A DNA stretch of 64,000 nucleotides from Squalus acanthias (lineage: Eukaryota). Each line of letters starts with the position of its first letter. Position 1 is the first letter of the stretch. The notes under the pieces are model-generated. The model saw nothing but the letters and a program-made list of their open reading frames with translations, was not told the origin of the DNA and did no database searches. A program made the position numbers and the translations under genes. Where the stretch lies: assembly GCA_030390025.1 (NCBI GenBank), contig CM059431.1, positions 143,780,001 to 143,844,000 of the forward strand. The letters run 5' to 3'. Below, one piece after another: positions 34,501 through 48,900 of the stretch.

Positions 34501-37500
34501 AGGGTCGTCACAAGAAGATCCGGCTGGCCCTCGACAAGTGGTCGGAGCTGACGCTGCTCGTCGTGTCCGTCCGCGCCGCCGTTAAAATCATGGGCGCGGA
34601 CAAGGACGTTGGCCGGCTCGAGCTGCGTCGGCTCAAGACGTTCCACACTGGGCTGCTGAGGGAGTGGCGGTCGTCAGTGACCGCCCTCCCTCCCCTCCGT
34701 TAGGTAGAGGTTGCACTATGCTTCTGAGATGAAGATAACCATAGCCAGCCTCAACATCAACGGCAGCAGGGAGGCGCGCCGTAGATTCAATAACTTCTCG
34801 GTCCTTCGGGACGGGAAATATGCGGTGTGCTTCCTGCAAGAAACCCACACCGTTCCGGGAGACGAGGCCACGTGGCTCCTGGAGTGGCAAGGAGGGGTCA
34901 GCATGAGTCACCTCTCCAACAATTCCTGCGGGGTGGCTGTCTTGCTGGCCCCGCATTTTCAGCCGGAGATCTTGAGGGTCAAGGAGCACGTGCCGGGCCG
35001 CTTGCTCCAGGTCACTGTTCGCCTGGGAGGCGTGCCGCTCCATTTAGTGAACGTGTACGCCCCCCGGACCGGTGCGCAGCAAGTGCGCTTCTTCGGAGAA
35101 GTGTCCGCTCTTCTGGGCTCCATCGACGTGGGCGAGTGCGTCATCCTCGGGGGGGATTTCAATTGTACCCTCGAGGCGCGGGACCGGTCGGGTCCCCCGC
35201 GAAGCCCGGCGGCGATGGAGAAGTTGCGGGACCTGGTCGGGTCCTTCGACTTGGTGGACGTCTGGCGAAATCTCCATCCCGACTCCAGCGCCTTCACGAG
35301 CGTGAGGTCTGGAGGAGGAAGGTCCAGAATCGACCGCCTTTACATTTCCCGGGCGTACGTCTCCTGCGTTCCGGCGGCTTCCATGCGGCCGGTGCCGTGC
35401 ACGGACCACCACCTGGTGTGGGCGGAGCTCGCTCCGCTGCGCGCGCGGGGGGGGTCCGCGTACTGGCATTTTAACAACCTGCTGCTGGAGGACGCGCGGT
35501 TCCGGGATTCGTTTCGCCGGTTCTGGGCCGACTGGAGAAGGAAGCGGGGAGGCTTCCCCTCCTTGAGGCTATGGTGGGACGTGGGCAAGGCTCACGTCCG
35601 CGTCTTCTGTCAGGAGTACGCGAAGGGGTCGACCAAGAGGCGGGAGGCCCGGGTCGGGCGATTGGAGAAAGAAGTGCTCGACCTGGAGTCCCGTCTCGGT
35701 CAGGTCGTCGAGGACCCGGCCCTGCGGAAGGTGTACGAAGAGAAGAAGGGCGCGCTGAAGGACCTGCAGCTGGTCGGGTCCCGAGGCGCGTACGTGAGGT
35801 CGCGGATCCAGTTCCTGCGGGACCTGGACCGCGGCTCCCCCTTCTTCTACTCGCTGGAAAAAAGACGGGGGGTCCGTAAGCAGCTCTTGGGGCTGCTGGC
35901 CGACGACGGATCTCTGGTCTCGGATCCGGAGGGCATCAGCGCGGAGGCCCGGGCCTATTACGGGGCTCTGTTCTCTTCGGATCCGTCCAGCGAGGATGCG
36001 CGCAGAGTTTTGTGGGAGGACCTGCCGAAGGTCGGCCCGGAGGGCGCCGAGAATTTAGAAGCTCCGCTAAGCCTGGCGGAGCTGACCGGCGCCCTGCGCC
36101 AGCTCTCGAGGGGCAAGTCCCCGGGGCTGGACGGGCTGACCGTGGAGTTCCACAGGGCGTTCTGGGACGTCTTGGGGGACGACTACGCGCGGGTCCTGGG
36201 GGAAAGTCTGGCGACCGGGGAGATGCCCCTCTCTTGGCGCAGGGCGGTCATCGTCCTGCTGCCCAAGAAGGGCGATCTCCGCCTACTTAAGAACTGGCGC
36301 CCGGTCTCCCTCCTCAGCACGGACTACAAAATTTTCGCCAGGGCTATGTCTGCTCGCCTTGGCACCGTGCTGGCCCGCATGATCCACCCCGACCAGTCCT
36401 ACACGGTCCCGGGCCGGAGTATCCACGATAACATCCATCTGGTCCGGGACCTGGTCCACCATTCCCAGAGGGCTGGTCTGTCGGTCGCCTTCCTTTCCCT
36501 GGATCAGGAGAAGGCGTTCGACAGGGTGGATCACGAGTATCTTTTCGGGACTCTGCGCGCATTCGGGTTCGGGACGCATTTCGTCGCCCGGATCCGACTT
36601 CTGTACGCCGCCGCGGAGTGTCTCATTAAAGTTAACGGGTCTTTGACGGCGCCCCTTCGCTTCGGGAGGGGGGTGCGTCAGGGATGCCCCATGTCCGGTC
36701 AGTTATACGCCGTTTGCGTGGAGCCTTTCCTGCGCCTCTTGCGGAAGAGGTTGACGGGACTGGCTCTGCAAGGGCCGGGCGTGGAGGTGGTCCTCTCGGC
36801 TTACGCCGATGACGTGCTCCTCGCGGTCACGGATCCCGTCGACTTGCGGAGGATGCGAGAATGCCAGCAGATTTACTCGGACGCATCCTCCGCCAAGATC
36901 AACTGGGAGAAATGTTCTGGACTCCTGGTGGGCCCATGGCAGGTGGACTCCCTGCCGGAGGAGTTCGGGCCTTTCGCCTGGAGCACCACGCACCTCCTCT
37001 ACCTGGGAGTCTACCTCAGCCCGGCCGAGGACGCCTGGCCGGCGAACTGGCAAGAGCTGGAGGCCAAAGTCACCGCTCGCCTAGGACGCTGGACAGGACT
37101 GCTCCGAGTGTTGTCCTACAGGGGTCGAGCGCTGGTCATAAACCAGCTGGTGGCCGCCATGTTGTGGTACCGGTTGGTCACTTTGATCCCTCCCCCTGCG
37201 TTTGTCGCCAAGATGCAGAAGAAGCTCGTCGACTTCTTCTGGGACAAAAGGAAGCACTGGGTCTCTGCCGCGGTTTTGAGTCTCCCGCTTAGGGAGGGCG
37301 GTCAGGCGCTGGTGTGCCTTCGCACCCAGGCGGCGACTTTCCGTCTTCAGACGCTGCAGAGATACCTGTACGTGGAGAATCCTCCTAGGTGGCGTGCGCT
37401 GGCGACGTATTTCTTCCGCCAGCTGCACGGCCTCAATTACGACACGCAGCTCCTGTTTGTGAGAGTGGGTGGCACGCGTGCCAGCCTGCGGGAGCTGCCT

Positions 37501-38695
37501 GTCTTCTACCAGGAACTGCTATGGGTTTGGAACAGCGTCGCCTCCGAGCGCAGTTCTCCCCCGTCAGGAGCGGCGGCCGTCCTTCGGGAGCCGCTGTTCA
37601 GGAATCCGCACCTCCACGACCGCGGGTTCGGCTGGCTGGCGGAGGGCAGGGCTGTGCCCGGTAAGGTGACCAGAGTCGGGGACCTGCTCGATGGCGGAGG
37701 AGCGGGCTGGATGGCGCCGGAGGAGTTGGCGAGGCGCATGTCTTGGGTCAACGTCCGGCTCGCGGTCAAAGCCATCGAGTCGCTAAAAGTGGCACTGGGC
37801 CCCGTCTCCACTAGGTGTGTCGAGGAGGCTCAAGCACGTGGGGCGATCCCGTCCGAACTGACCCCCGTTCGGACGGAATTCCTTATCGGCGCCCGGCCCC
37901 GAATCCTCCCTCGGGAGCCGCCGCCTCACCACTTGAGCCTTCTCGGAGAAATGCCCTCCGTGCCCTTTCAATCCGCACGGAGGCGTTTCCTGTACGGGCT
38001 GCTCCTGCACACTCTCCACTTTGCCATCTTCGTCTGCCGTCCGGACACGCCTTGGCGTACCATCCTGCCGTCCGGCGGAGGCGAAGGTCCCCATTGGAGG
38101 CTCTCTACGCGGGAGTCTTCCCTTGTTCTATTGGGGACTTGGCCTGGAGGGTGTTGCACGGAGCAGTCCCGTGCAATAGGATTTTAAGTAGGTTTACGGA
38201 CTCCCAGGCTGCTTGCCATTTTTGCGGCCTGGAGGAGTCCGTTTATCACATTTATGTTGAATGTGAGAGGTTGCAGCCCCTCTTTCATTATTTGAAGGGG
38301 CTGCTCCTCAATTTCTGGTTGCACTTCAGCCCCACGCTCCTGATCTACGGTCACCCGGTGCGGAGGGGAGCGGGTAGGTCGGAGGACCTCCTCGTAGGAC
38401 TGCTCCTGGGCCTGGCCAAGAAAGCCATTAATTGGTCCAGGCAGCGGGCGGTCGAGGGGGTCGTTCGGCCCGATTGCCTGCCTCTCTTCCGCGGCCATGT
38501 TCGCGCCCGGGTGGCCCTGGAGATGGAGCACGCGGTGTCCGCCGGCACGCTTGAGTTTTTCCGCGACCGGTGGGCGCCGCGGGGACTGGAGTGCATCGTC
38601 ACCCCGGACTTTCAAATTTTAATTTGATTTATTAAGTTTCATTTCAAGTTTTAATTGATTTACAGTAAATTTGCGTTCTGTCAAACCAAAAAGAT
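31572..38695 (+). mobile_element. Tx1 copy 2 (ORF1 32546-34703 frameshifted ~33516; ORF2 34729-38627 frameshifted ~38098)
   Basis: It is near-identical to copy 1, and single-base indels split both ORFs. Confidence 0.95.
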
Positions 38696-38748
38696 CAACA
38701 CCAGGTTATAGTCCAACAGTTTTATTTGAAATCACAAGCTTTCGGAGC

Positions 38749-41700
38749 TGCTGACGGAGGAGCAGCAGCAGCAGAGTGGTGGTCTCTGTGAGCAGGAAGA
38801 GGAGAAGGAGAAGGAGACCAGACAGCAGACCACCACCAACAACCAACAACCACTACTGAGGTGCCTGGAGAGAGAGGACAGGACAGGAGAAGGAGAAGGA
38901 AAGGAAGGCCAAGGCCATTAACAACAGAGGAGAGGCCTTTCCACACTGCCTCCTCAATTGGCCTCCATTTCAGGAGAGGGAGAGAGGGGAGAAAACATCA
39001 ACAACAAACATCATCTGTTTGGAAGGAGGGAGGAAGGAAAGAACAACAGCTACAGGTGGGTGTGATTCTGGGGCACTCTCCAGAGACTTTGTTTTGTAGG
39101 TGGGGGGAGGAAAGAAGAAAAGAAGAGGGCCGGAACATCTAAGGGGTGTGTGTGTGTGTGGCTTCTGTAAAAGCTAGGCCGCACACACCATATTAAACAC
39201 CCCTTTCCATTGCCTGACCTGGGACAGCTGGAGCTGCCTAGGTGAAGTCCCCAATTAACTTATATCAATTGGGCATCGTTAAGACCTGGTGCAGGACTGA
39301 GCCTGGGCATCTCCAGCTATCCCAGGTGAAGACATCTTCTCCCCCCACCAGAAGACCACCACCAAAGACTTGTATTACATCGGAGAGTGCACCCCCCTGC
39401 CAACACCCACCCACCCACCATCCTGAGTGGCGACCCTGCCCTTGCGGCTTCCCTCCTTCCACCCCCCTCTCTCTCTCTCTTTGTCTCTTGTCTCTCTCTG
39501 CCTCTCTCTCTAAGAGGCACCTCATCTATTTTTAATTAAGTACCCATTGAGCAGAGGGGAGAAGGCCCCTCTCCCAATTCAATCAACTAAAGGGAGAGGT
39601 GTGCCTTCAATTTAAGAGCTCCCTCTGCTCAGGGGAAAACTAAAACAAAAAAACCAAGGCCATTAACACCTTCAGGCCTGTGACTTGGGGTGAGTGTAGC
39701 CCTTAAAGAACCCTCCATTATGGCGACCACATCTTCGCCGGTGGCGGGGGCAGCGAGGACGTACGCGAGCGTGGCAGCCGCGGCCACGGCCGCAGCCACG
39801 AGTCCTCCTGTTACCCCGTCACCTTTTACCCTCCTTACGAGGAAGAATGGGGTCAAGAGCTACACTCACCCCAACATGACTATAGAGGCGTGTGTAAAAG
39901 CCATGGCTGGGGTTGTCGGCCCTTCAGCCATCGTCGCCGCCTCTAAAATGTACGGCAAGGCTGTGTTCTTCCTGGGGTCGGAGCGGGCGGTGTCCCTGGC
40001 CATCGAGAAGGGGCTCACCGTGGGCGGGACCTTCCTGCCGGTGGACCCCCTTGAGGCCACCGCGCAAAGGATTGTGGTTTCCAACGTCCCGCCCTTTGTT
40101 CCGGGTGAGCTCCTCCTCCCCCACCTACGTCAACTGGGGGAGGTGAGGTCGGGGATCACACCCATCCCGCTCGGCTTCCGGGAAGCCAGCCTTCGGCACG
40201 TCTTCTCCTTCCGGCGCCAGCTTTTCGTCCGGCTGGCGCGGGAGGAGGACGCGGATGGCGCGTTCACGGTGCTCCACGGGGGGACCGCCCACCGCGTCTT
40301 CTGGACCTCGGACGGCGCGCGGTGCTACGCCTGTAAGGAGGTGGGGCACGTCCGCAAAAACTGCCCCGCCTCCAAGGCCGCCACGACACCTGGCGCGGCC
40401 AGGGTTGGCGCCGCCGCCCCCCCTCCCCCTGATACTGTCCGCGCGTCGACGGCGACGGATGCGCGGTCGAAATCGGAGGCCAACACCACCACGGCCTCCG
40501 GCGGGGAGGAGGGAGAGCGTCCGGGGGGAAGGAAGGCGCGTAGGAAAACTAAACACCTAAGGGCGGATCCCCTCGCGGAGGAAACATCGGAATTGACCGA
40601 ACTCACGCCCGAGTATATCGCGGAGTTGGTCGGGACGCATGAGACTGGGGGGGTCCTCGTGCCCGGGCCCGTGACCGTGACCGCAACTGCTGAGGCAGCT
40701 GAATCAAGACCTGCGGCCGGGCTCGGGCCCGAGGGGCCCAAGAAACCCAGTCGTCGGAAGGGGGCAGAGAGGGAGGCCCCAGCAGACATGGAGGCCTCCC
40801 CCTCTCCGGGCCCCAATACGTTAAAAAGAAAGCTCCGCCCCCAGCAGGAGGACTGCGAGGAGGAAGGTCCCTCCGCAAAAGGGGGGCAGTCGCCCGCCGC
40901 GGGTGCTGCGCCCCACCCCACCACCGTCATCGTCGCGCGCGATCGGCAGGGGTCGTCTGTCCCTCGGGAGGGTGAGACAGCCGAGTCTGTCCGACCTGTG
41001 CCTCCCGGGGATGGGGAAGAGACCCTGCCCGTGGGGGGGGGCGCGGAACAACCCGCGGAGGGAAATGTAGTTACGGAACCGTTGCTCCTCGCCGGGTCGG
41101 GCGTCCTGGGGACTGGGGCGGGCGAGGCCAAAGAGGCTGAAGCCGAGCCCGCCTTTTATAACCCAGACATCTCCCAGGGACTGCTCGACCTGGTGGAGGA
41201 GTTTCACAATCCCCAGCCCGCTGGGTCGGAGGTTGGTGGCGGGGAGACGGAAAGCCCCCTGACTCCGTCTCTGTTGTTGGCGCCGGACGTGCTGGAGGAA
41301 TTTGGGATTATTTTCTCCCCGGTTTCTCCGGTCGCCCCGGCGCCTGAGGCGGGGGGGGGGCCCCGAACCGCCGCCGCCGCCTCCCGGCCCGGCGCCCCTG
41401 AAGGAGCCCAGGGTGGACTCCTCTGCCACCGATCCTGGGGGTGGGATCGTGACGGAGGCGGGGCCGGCCGGTGCGGCCGAGCCGTTCGCTGCACCCTGTG
41501 TGACGGACGGGTTGGCCGCCGGTGACGACCTCCCGGAGGAGGACGGGGACTCGGTGTGGGGCATCGAGGACGATTTGGAGTCCATCGGCAGCGAGGCGAT
41601 GGACGCCCTCGTGCCCTTCACCGACTCTCCCCTCATCCCCGTAGGGGAACTCCGGGATTTTATGGCCGTGAGCCAGGGTCGTCACAAGAAGATCCGGCTG

Positions 41701-44700
41701 GCCCTCGACAAGTGGTCGGAGCTGGCGCTGCTCGTCGTGTCCGTCCGCGCCGCCGTTAAAATCATGGGCGCGGACAAGGACGTTGGCCGGCTCGAGCTGC
41801 GTCGGCTCAAGACGTTCCACACTGGGCTGCTGAGGGAGTGGCGGTCGTCAGTGACCGCCCTCCCTCCCCTCCGTTAGGTAGAGGTTGCACTATGCTTCTG
41901 AGATGAAGATAACCATAGCCAGCCTCAACATCAACGGCAGCAGGGAGGCGCGCCGTAGATTCAATAACTTCTCGGTCCTTCGGGACGGGAAATATGCGGT
42001 GTGCTTCCTGCAAGAAACCCACACCGTTCCGGGAGACGAGGCCACGTGGCTCCTGGAGTGGCAAGGAGGGGTCAGCATGAGTCACCTCTCCAACAATTCC
42101 TGCGGGGTGGCTGTCTTGCTGGCCCCGCATTTTCAGCCGGAGATCTTGAGGGTCAAGGAGCACGTGCCGGGCCGCTTGCTCCAGGTCACTGTTCGCCTGG
42201 GAGGCGTGCCGCTCCATTTAGTGAACGTGTACGCCCCCCGGACCGGTGCGCAGCAAGTGCGCTTCTTCGGAGAAGTGTCCGCTCTTCTGGGCTCCATCGA
42301 CGTGGGCGAGTGCGTCATCCTCGGGGGGGATTTCAATTGTACCCTCGAGGCGCGGGACCGGTCGGGTCCCCCGCGAAGCCCGGCGGCGATGGAGAAGTTG
42401 CGGGACCTGGTCGGGTCCTTCGACTTGGTGGACGTCTGGCGAAATCTCCATCCCGACTCCAGCGCCTTCACGAGCGTGAGGTCTGGAGGAGGAAGGTCCA
42501 GAATCGACCGCCTTTACATTTCCCGGGCGTACGTCTCCTGCGTTCCGGCGGCTTCCATGCGGCCGGTGCCGTGCACGGACCACCACCTGGTGTGGGCGGA
42601 GCTCGCTCCGCTGCGCGCGCGGGGGGGGTCCGCGTACTGGCATTTTAACAACCTGCTGCTGGAGGACGCGCGGTTCCGGGATTCGTTTCGCCGGTTCTGG
42701 GCCGACTGGAGAAGGAAGCGGGGAGGCTTCCCCTCCTTGAGGCTATGGTGGGACGTGGGCAAGGCTCACGTCCGCGTCTTCTGTCAGGAGTACGCGAAGG
42801 GGTCGACCAAGAGGCGGGAGGCCCGGGTCGGGCGATTGGAGAAAGAAGTGCTCGACCTGGAGTCCCGTCTCGGTCAGGTCGTCGAGGACCCGGCCCTGCG
42901 GAAGGTGTACGAAGAGAAGAAGGGCGCGCTGAAGGACCTGCAGCTGGTCGGGTCCCGAGGCGCGTACGTGAGGTCGCGGATCCAGTTCCTGCGGGACCTG
43001 GACCGCGGCTCCCCCTTCTTCTACTCGCTGGAAAAAAGACGGGGGGTCCGTAAGCAGCTCTTGGGGCTGCTGGCCGACGACGGATCTCTGGTCTCGGATC
43101 CGGAGGGCATCAGCGCGGAGGCCCGGGCCTATTACGGGGCTCTGTTCTCTTCGGATCCGTCCAGCGAGGATGCGCGCAGAGTTTTGTGGGAGGACCTGCC
43201 GAAGGTCGGCCCGGAGGGCGCCGAGAATTTAGAAGCTCCGCTAAGCCTGGCGGAGCTGACCGGCGCCCTGCGCCAGCTCTCGAGGGGCAAGTCCCCGGGG
43301 CTGGACGGGCTGACCGTGGAGTTCCACAGGGCGTTCTGGGACGTCTTGGGGGACGACTACGCGCGGGTCCTGGGGGAAAGTCTGGCGACCGGGGAGATGC
43401 CCCTCTCTTGGCGCAGGGCGGTCATCGTCCTGCTGCCCAAGAAGGGCGATCTCCGCCTACTTAAGAACTGGCGCCCGGTCTCCCTCCTCAGCACGGACTA
43501 CAAAATTTTCGCCAGGGCTATGTCTGCTCGCCTTGGCACCGTGCTGGCCCGCATGATCCACCCCGACCAGTCCTACACGGTCCCGGGCCGGAGTATCCAC
43601 GATAACATCCATCTGGTCCGGGACCTGGTCCACCATTCCCAGAGGGCTGGTCTGTCGGTCGCCTTCCTTTCCCTGGATCAGGAGAAGGCGTTCGACAGGG
43701 TGGATCACGAGTATCTTTTCGGGACTCTGCGCGCATTCGGGTTCGGGACGCATTTCGTCGCCCGGATCCGACTTCTGTACGCCGCCGCGGAGTGTCTGAT
43801 TAAAGTTAACGGGTCTTTGACGGCGCCCCTTCGCTTCGGGAGGGGGGTGCGTCAGGGATGCCCCATGTCCGGTCAGTTATACGCCGTTTGCGTGGAGCCT
43901 TTCCTGCGCCTCTTGCGGAAGAGGTTGACGGGACTGGCTCTGCAAGGGCCGGGCGTGGAGGTGGTCCTCTCGGCTTACGCCGATGACGTGCTCCTCGCGG
44001 TCACGGATCCCGTCGACTTGCGGAGGATGCGAGAATGCCAGCAGATTTACTCGGACGCATCCTCCGCCAAGATCAACTGGGAGAAATGTTCTGGACTCCT
44101 GGTGGGCCCATGGCGGGTGGACTCCCTGCCGGAGGAGTTCGGGCCTTTCGCCTGGAGCACCACGCACCTCCTCTACCTGGGAGTCTACCTCAGCCCGGCC
44201 GAGGACGCCTGGCCGGCGAACTGGCAAGAGCTGGAGGCCAAAGTCACCGCTCGCCTAGGACGCTGGACAGGACTGCTCCGAGTGTTGTCCTACAGGGGTC
44301 GAGCGCTGGTCATAAACCAGCTGGTGGCCGCCATGTTGTGGTACCGGTTGGTCACTTTGATCCCTCCCCCTGCGTTTGTCGCCAAGATGCAGAAGAAGCT
44401 CGTCGACTTCTTCTGGGACAAAAGGAAGCACTGGGTCTCTGCCGCGGTTTTGAGTCTCCCGCTTAGGGAGGGCGGTCAGGCGCTGGTGTGCCTTCGCACC
44501 CAGGCGGCGACTTTCCGTCTTCAGACGCTGCAGAGATACCTGTACGTGGAGAATCCTCCTAGGTGGCGTGCGCTGGCGACGTATTTCTTCCGCCAGCTGC
44601 ACGGCCTCAATTACGACACGCAGCTCCTGTTTGTGAGAGTGGGTGGCACGCGTGCCAGCCTGCGGGAGCTGCCTGTCTTCTACCAGGAACTGCTATGGGT

Positions 44701-45863
44701 TTGGAACAGCGTCGCCTCCGAGCGCAGTTCTCCCCCGTCAGGAGCGGCGGCCGTCCTTCGGGAGCCGCTGTTCAGGAATCCGCACCTCCACGACCGCGGG
44801 TTCGGCTGGCTGGCGGAGGGCAGGGCTGTGCCCGGTAAGGTGACCAGAGTCGGGGACCTGCTCGATGGCGGAGGAGCGGGCTGGATGGCGCCGGAGGAGT
44901 TGGCGAGGCGCATGTCTGGGTCAACGTCCGGCTCGCGGTCAAAGCCATCGAGTCGCTAAAAGTGGCACTGGGCCCCGTCTCCACTAGGTGTGTCGAGGAG
45001 GCTCAAGCACGTGGGGCGATCCCGTCCGAACTGACCCCCGTTCGGACGGAATTCCTTATCGGCGCCCGGCCCCGAATCCTCCCTCGGGAGCCGCCGCCTC
45101 ACCACTTGAGCCTTCTCGGAGAAATGCCCTCCGTGCCCTTTCAATCCGCACGGAGGCGTTTCCTGTACGGGCTGCTCCTGCACACTCTCCACTTTGCCAT
45201 CTTCGTCTGCCGTCCGGACACGCCTTGGCGTACCATCCTGCCGTCCGCGGAGGCGAAGGTCCCCATTGGAAGGCTCTCTACGCGGGAGTCTTCCCTTGTT
45301 CTATTGGGGACTTGGCCTGGAGGGTGTTGCACGGAGCAGTCCCGTGCAATAGGATTTTAAGTAGGTTTACGGACTCCCAGGCTGCTTGCCATTTTTGCGG
45401 CCTGGAGGAGTCCGTTTATCACATTTATGTTGAATGTGAGAGGTTGCAGCCCCTCTTTCATTATTTGAAGGGGCTGCTCCTCAATTTCTGGTTGCACTTC
45501 AGCCCCACGCTCCTGATCTACGGTCACCCGGTGCGGAGGGGAGCGGGTAGGTCGGAGGACCTCCTCGTAGGACTGCTCCTGGGCCTGGCCAAGAAAGCCA
45601 TTAATTGGTCCAGGCAGCGGGCGGTCGAGGGGGTCGTTCGGCCCGATTGCCTGCCTCTCTTCCGCGGCCATGTTCGCGCCCGGGTGGCCCTGGAGATGGA
45701 GCACGCGGTGTCCGCCGGCACGCTTGAGTTTTTCCGCGACCGGTGGGCGCCGCGGGGACTGGAGTGCATCGTCACCCCGGACTTTCAAATTTTGATTTGA
45801 TTTACTAAGTTTCATTTAAAGTTTTAATTTGATTTACAGTAAATTTGGGTTCAACCAAAAGAG
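38749..45863 (+). mobile_element. Tx1 copy 3 (ORF1 39720-41877 frameshifted in G-run ~41351; ORF2 41903-45800 frameshifted ~44916 and ~45247)
   Basis: The ORF track and comparison with copy 1 support this. Confidence 0.95.
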
Positions 45864-45916
45864 CAACACCAGGTTATAGTCCAACAGCTTTATTTGAAAT
45901 CACAAGCTTTCGGAGC

Positions 45917-48900
45917 TGCTGACTGAGGAGCAGCAGCAGCAGCAGCAGAGTGGTGGTCTCTGTGACCAGGAAGAGGAGAAGGAGACCAGACAGCAGACCA
46001 CCACCAACAACCACTACAACTGAGGTGCCTGGAGAGAGAGGACAGGAGAGGAGAAAGAAAGAAAGGAAGGCCAAGGCCATTAACACCAGAGGAGAGGCCT
46101 TTCCACACTGCCTCCTCAATTGGCCTCCATTTTAGGAGAGGGAGAGAGGGGAGAAAACAACACAACAACCATCATCTGTTTGGAAGGAGGAAGGAAGGAA
46201 AGAACAACAGCTACAGGTGGGTGTGATTCTGGGGCACTCTCCCAGAGACTTTGTTTTGTAGGTGGGGGGAGGAAAGAAGAAAAGAAGAGGCCGGAACATC
46301 TAAGGGGTGTGTGTGTGTGTGTGTGTGGCTTCTGTAAAAGCTAGGCCGCACACACCATATTAAACACCCCTTTCCCATTGCCTGACCTGGGACAGCTGGA
46401 GCTGCCTAGGTGAAGTCCCCAATTAATTATATCTATTGGGCATCGTTAAGACCTGGTGCAGGACTGAGCCTGGGCATCTCCAGCTATCCCAGGTGAAGAC
46501 ATCTTCTCCCCCCACCAGAAGACCACCACCAAAGACTTTTATTACATCGGAGAGTGCACCCCCCTGCCAACACCCACCCACCCACCATCCTGAGTGGCGA
46601 CCCTGCCCTTGCGGCTTCCCTCCTTCCCACCCCCCTCTCTCTCTCTCTTTGTCTCTTGTCTCTCTCTGCCTCTCTCTCTAAGAGGCACCTCAATCTATTT
46701 TAATTAAGTACCCATTGAGCAGAGGGGAGAAGGCCCCTCTCCCAATTCAATCAACTAAAGGGAGAGGTGTGCCTTCAATTTAAGAGCTCCCTCTGCTCAG
46801 GGGAAAACTAAACAAAAAAAACCAAGGCCATTAACACCTTCAGGCCTGTGACTTGGGGTGAGTGTAGCCCTTAAAGAACCCTCCATTATGGCGACCACAT
46901 CTTCGCCGGTGGCGGGGGCAGCGAGGACGTACGCGAGCGTGGCAGCCGCGGCCACGGCCGCAGCCACGAGTCCTCCTGTTACCCCGTCACCTTTTACCCT
47001 CCTTACGAGGAAGAATGGGGTCAAGAGCTACACTCACCCCAACATGACTATAGAGGCGTGTGTAAAAGCCATGGCTGGGGTTGTCGGCCCTTCAGCCATC
47101 GTCGCCGCCTCTAAAATGTACGGCAAGGCTGTGTTCTTCCTGGGGTCGGAGCGGGCGGTGTCCCTGGCCATCGAGAAGGGGCTCACCGTCGGGCGGGACC
47201 TTCCTGCCGGTGGACCCCCTTGAGGCCACCGCGCAAAGGATTGTGGTTTCCAACGTCCCGCCCTTTGTTCCGGGTGAGCTCCTCCTCCCCCACCTACGTC
47301 AACTGGGGGAGGTGAGGTCGGGGATCACACCCATCCCGCTCGGCTTCCGGGAAGCCAGCCTTCGGCACGTCTTCTCCTTCCGGCGCCAGCTTTTCGTCCG
47401 GCTGGCGCGGGAGGAGGACGCGGACGGCGCGTTCACGGTGCTCCACGGGGGGACCGCCCACCGCGTCTTCTGGACCTCGGACGGCGTGCGGTGCTACGCC
47501 TGTAAGGAGGTGGGGCACGTCCGCAAAAACTGCCCCGCCTCCAAGGCCGCCACGACACCTGGCGCGGCCAGGGTTGGCGCCGCCGCCCCCCCTCCCCCTG
47601 ATACTGTCCGCGCGTCGACGGCGACGGATGCGCGGTCGAAATCGGAGGCCAACACCACCACGGCCTCCGGCGGGGAGGAGGGAGAGCGTCCGGGGGGAAG
47701 GAAGGCGCGTAGGAAAACTAAACACCTAAGGGCGGATCCCCTCGCGGAGGAAACATCGGAATTGACCGAACTCACGCCCGAGTACATCGCGGAGTTGGTC
47801 GGGACGCATGAGACTGGGGGGGTCCTCGTGCCCGGGCCCGTGACCGTGACCGCAACTGCTGAGGCAGCTGAATCAAGACCTGCGGCCGGGCTCGGGCCCG
47901 AGGGGCCCAAGAAACCCAGTCATCGGAAGGGGGCAGAGAGGGAGGCCCCAGCAGACATGGAGGCCTCCCCCTCTCCGGGCCCCAACTTGTTAAAAAGAAA
48001 GCTCCGCCCCCAGCAGGAGGACTGCGAGGAGGAAGGTCCCTCCGCAAAAGGGGGGCAGTCGCCCGCCGCGGGTGCTGCGCCCCACCCCACCACCGTCATC
48101 GTCGCGCGCGATCGGCAGGGGTCGTCTGTCCCTCGGGAGGGTGAGACAGCCGAGTCTGTCCGACCTGTGCCTCCCGGGGATGGGGAAGAGACCCTGCCCG
48201 TGGGGGGGGGGCGCGGAACAACCCGCGGAGGGAAATGTAGAACCTGAACCGTTGCTCCTCGCCGGGTCGGGCGTCCTGGGGACTGGGGCGGGCGAGGCCA
48301 AAGAGGCTGAAGCCGAGCCCGCCTTTTATAACCCAGACATCTCCCAGGGACTGCTCGACCTGGTGGAGGAGTTTAACAATCCCCAGCCCGCTGGGTCGGA
48401 GGTTGGTGGCGGGGAGACAGAAAGCCCCCTGACTCCGTCTCTGTTGTTGGCGCCGGACGTGCTGGAGGAATTTGGGATTATTTTCTCCCCGGTTTCTCCG
48501 GTCGCCCCGGCGCCTGAGGCGGGGGGGGGGCCCCGAACCGCCGCCGCTGCCCCGGCCCGGCGCCCCTGAATGAGCCCAGGGTGGACTCCTCTGCCACCGA
48601 TCCTGGGGGTGGGATCGTGACGGAGGCGGGGCCGGCCGGTGCGGCCGAGCCGTTCGCTGCACCCTGTGTGACGGACGGGTTGGCCGCCGGTGACGACCTC
48701 CCGGAGGAGGACGGGGACTCGGTGTTGGGCAACGAGGACGATTTGGAGTCCATCGGCAGCGAAGCGATGGACGCCCTCGTGCCCTTCACCGACTCTCCCC
48801 TCATCCCCGTAGGGGAACTCCGGGATTTTATGGCCGTGAGCCAGGGTCGTCACAAGAAGATCCGGCTGGCCCTCGACAAGTGGTCGAAGCTGACGCTGCT